A stretch of 64,000 nucleotides of DNA from Candidatus Binatia bacterium (GTDB lineage Bacteria > Desulfobacterota > Binatia > UBA9968 > CAXXLF01). The position numbers were made by a program, and so were the translations under genes. Position 1 is the stretch's first letter. Each line of letters begins with the position of its first letter. Below are positions 61,505-64,000 of this stretch, in pieces. The notes beneath the pieces were generated by a model. That model was given only the letters and a program-made list of their open reading frames with translations. It searched no databases and was not told the origin of the DNA. The stretch covers positions 1,088,001 to 1,152,000 of the forward strand of contig CAXXLF010000001.1 in NCBI GenBank assembly GCA_963664015.2. The letters run 5' to 3'.

Positions 61505-63455
61505 TCAGTCTTCCTGCCTTGACGGACTGAGCAAACGCATTGCCTGATCCAGCTCTTGATGGCTGCCCAGTAGGATCAGGACATCGCCGGCGGCCAGATG
61601 ATAGTCAGGGGCGGGATTATGGAAAGACTTACCATCCCGTACTATTGCAATGACCGTGACCCCAAACTTGGCACGCACCTCCAGCTCGGCTAGTGTCCGC
61701 CCCACAGCCACCGACCCATCCAGCAGCAGGACCGGATCTGTTGTGCTTCCCACCAGATAACGGTTTAGCTGATCCAAGCTCTTACCCTCGAGCTTCAGCC
61801 TCCGCAGCATCAGGTAGCGTTCCTGACGAATGAGATCCACTTGGAGGGTTATGACGTTGCGTGGCACGTGGAACCCTTCGAGGACCCGGGCAAAGATCTC
61901 TACCGAGGTCTCGAATTCCTCCGGGATCACCTGATCGGCCCCGATTCGGTAGAGCCTATCGATCTCGGCCACGTAGCGAGTCCGGACCAGAATATAGAGG
62001 TCCCGCTTGAGGCTCCGCGCCTGCCAGACGATGCGGACCGTGGCAGCCACATCCGAGATGGCCACGACCAGGACCCGCGCCCGATCGATTCCAATACGTT
62101 GAAGCACCTCCGGCCGGGTCCCGTCACCGAAACGAATAGGCTCTCCCGAGTCCCTGGCACGTCTGACCAGATCCGGATCCATCTCCAAGATCTCGTATAC
62201 GATCCCCACCTCTTTGAGCACACGCGCAAGATTACGCCCGTTCAACCCATAGCCGATTATAATAACATGCCCGTCCGCTGATAGGGTTTCGGATTCTTCT
62301 AAGCCCGCCATTTCCCCGCCGCCACTGAACATGGATTCCAAGCCGAACGCCGCTCTGTGACCCCATTGGATAAGCAAGGGCGTGGCAATCATGCTCAGGA
62401 TGGAAGTGGCCAGAAAGGCTTGCTCCCGAACTTCTGAAAAAATACCGTAGCTCTGGCCGGCCTTTGCCAGGATAAAGGAGAACTCGCCGACCTGAGCCAG
62501 GCTCAAGGCCAACAACAGGCTAAGACGAACTGAACGATAGAGCCACCAGTAAACGACAAAAACCACCGCCCCGTTGATGCCCACTATCAGGAGCAGGTTC
62601 CACCGGGAAGCCAGAAGGTTCTCGAAAAGAAAGTGCAGGTTCAGCAGCATGCCGATTGAAATAAAGAAAATGCCGCTGAAGCAATCTCTCAAGGGGAGTA
62701 TATCCCCCACAATTTAATGGCTGAATTCGGATTCGGAGATCAAAAGACCGGCGATGAACGCCGCCAGCGCCAGGGAGAGGCCGAACTCGGATGTCAACCA
62801 CGCGGTCCCCAAGCAGACAAAGATGACAAACAGCAGAAAGATTTCCCGATTCCGCAAGGCTGCGACTTGCTGCAGGAGCCAGGGCAATGCCTTACGAGCG
62901 GTGAGGACCACAGTGACTAGAACGAGGACCGCCGTGAGAAGGGCCAATACGATTCGCCCGAGAGAGATATCCTCCGACTGCCCTAAGATCGGCACCAAAA
63001 GCATCATGGGCACGATACAGAGGTCCTGGAATAGAAGAATACCGGTCGCTATACATCTTGAGCACAATCGCCGTGCTGCTGAGGGAGACGAGAAATCCGT
63101 AGAAAATTCCTACCTCTAGAGTGGTGCCCAACGAAAGAGATACGAGCAGAACTGCAAGAGTCGTCAGAAGGATCTGAAGAGTCCCGGCCCAGATGACCGA
63201 ACGGCCCGCCGTCTGGATTTCCGCCAATGAAAACTCTAGGCCGATGGTGAAAAGGAGAAGAAGGATACCTATCTCGGCCAGCAGTTCGACTTGCTTTACA
63301 TCCCGGATCAACCCCAACGCTTCCGGTTCCATGATAACGCCGGCTAGGAGAAATCCGACAACAGTGGGGAGCCTCAGCTTTTGGAAGAGAAATACGATGG
63401 ATAAGGTGGCGGTGAGAACGATGAGCAGCTGTTTTAAGACACTAATTTCAGCCAT
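61505..63455 (-). pseudogene. CPA2 (Kef-like) cation:proton antiporter with RCK_N/RCK_C domains, disrupted
   Basis: Three fragments: LAEIG..LLLFTIGLE and LSSTAIV; GILLFQD; FFISIG, QVGEF, IGYGLNG, GDG; frameshift near 63045 and in-frame TAA at 62716-62714. Confidence 0.88.
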
Positions 63456-63622
63456 GAAGATTCACCCGAATACGCTCGCGGATCATTTAAAAGCTAACGA
63501 TATCGCCGGGACCCGGCACTCGGAGATGAGACGCTTGGCCTTCGCCTAGTGGTTTAACACCCGGCCCGGGATAACGTAACCATTTAAAAACATGGTGCAT
63601 TCAAAAAGTTGCAAACCGAGAG

Positions 63623-63988
63623 TTAGGCTACGCCATCGGTTTTGTGAGCGGCTGTGACGACCGTATGGATTCCCCCACGCACGTTGAAATCCCCCACCAC
63701 AGTCATGGACCTGGGATGGCAAGCCCCCACCAGGTCGTCCAGGATCCGGTTGATAACATCTTCATGGAAGGCCCCTTCGTTACGGTACGACCAAAGATAG
63801 AGCTTGAGGGACTTCAGCTCAATACACCACTCGTCGGGCACATAGCGGATCCGAATCGTGGCAAAATCGGGCTGCCCCGTCCGCGGACAGACACAGGTAA
63901 ACTCGGGACACTCTAGACTGATCTCGTAGTCCCTTTCTGGTCTGGGGTTGACAAAGGTCTCCAGTTCTTTACTTGACGTTGTAGCCAT
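63623..63988 (-). CDS. queF: NADPH-dependent preQ0 reductase (unimodular)
   Basis: [34 protein letters not shown]. Confidence 0.97.
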   Translation of the reverse strand: MATTSSKELETFVNPRPERDYEISLECPEFTCVCPRTGQPDFATIRIRYVPDEWCIELKSLKLYLWSYRNEGAFHEDVINRILDDLVGACHPRSMTVVGDFNVRGGIHTVVTAAHKTDGVA

Positions 63989-64000
63989 CAGTGCATTTTA

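Noticed and set aside
28514-63049. Stop-codon recoding as an explanation for the in-frame stops
   Set aside because: Intact genes end normally in TAA, TAG and TGA, and most disrupted genes also carry frameshifts or deletions, which indicates decay.

Overview
Bacterial chromosomal segment whose gene content and order suggest a Deltaproteobacteria-like lineage (possibly Binatia; this is inference). It is mostly housekeeping and mostly on the minus strand. In window order: tmRNA, smpB, panD/C/B, deoxynucleoside kinase, glutamate-cysteine ligase, mtnA; a small membrane protein plus acpS (+ strand); the full dcw cluster (mraZ, a STAS-domain gene, rsmH, ftsL, ftsI, murE, murF, mraY, murD, ftsW, murG, murC, murB, ddl, ftsQ, ftsA, ftsZ); RNase P RNA, an RNase HI-family gene and a zinc-ribbon gene. 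A plastic, partly decaying region at ~27.9-36.3 kb holds a histidine-kinase remnant, a sigma54-type lipoprotein/prepilin pair, an M48 peptidase, FAD and SDR oxidoreductases, a broken tandem LPS kinase and two back-to-back truncated LpxL-family genes. Then come purB/C/S/Q/L/F, dut, an M16 peptidase, the rimP-nusA-ylxR-infB-DUF503-rbfA-truB-rpsO-pnp operon, ntrB/ntrC-like genes plus thiE, dnaB, GTP-dependent PEPCK, a disrupted CPA2/Kef antiporter and queF. I found no CRISPR array, rRNA, tRNA, transposase or defence system. The best leads for new biology cluster at the head of the dcw operon: paired NrdR-like boxes upstream of the mraZ promoter, a STAS protein lacking the canonical DSSG motif, and unusually basic MurF and Ddl. 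All of these are hypotheses from reading the sequence by eye.
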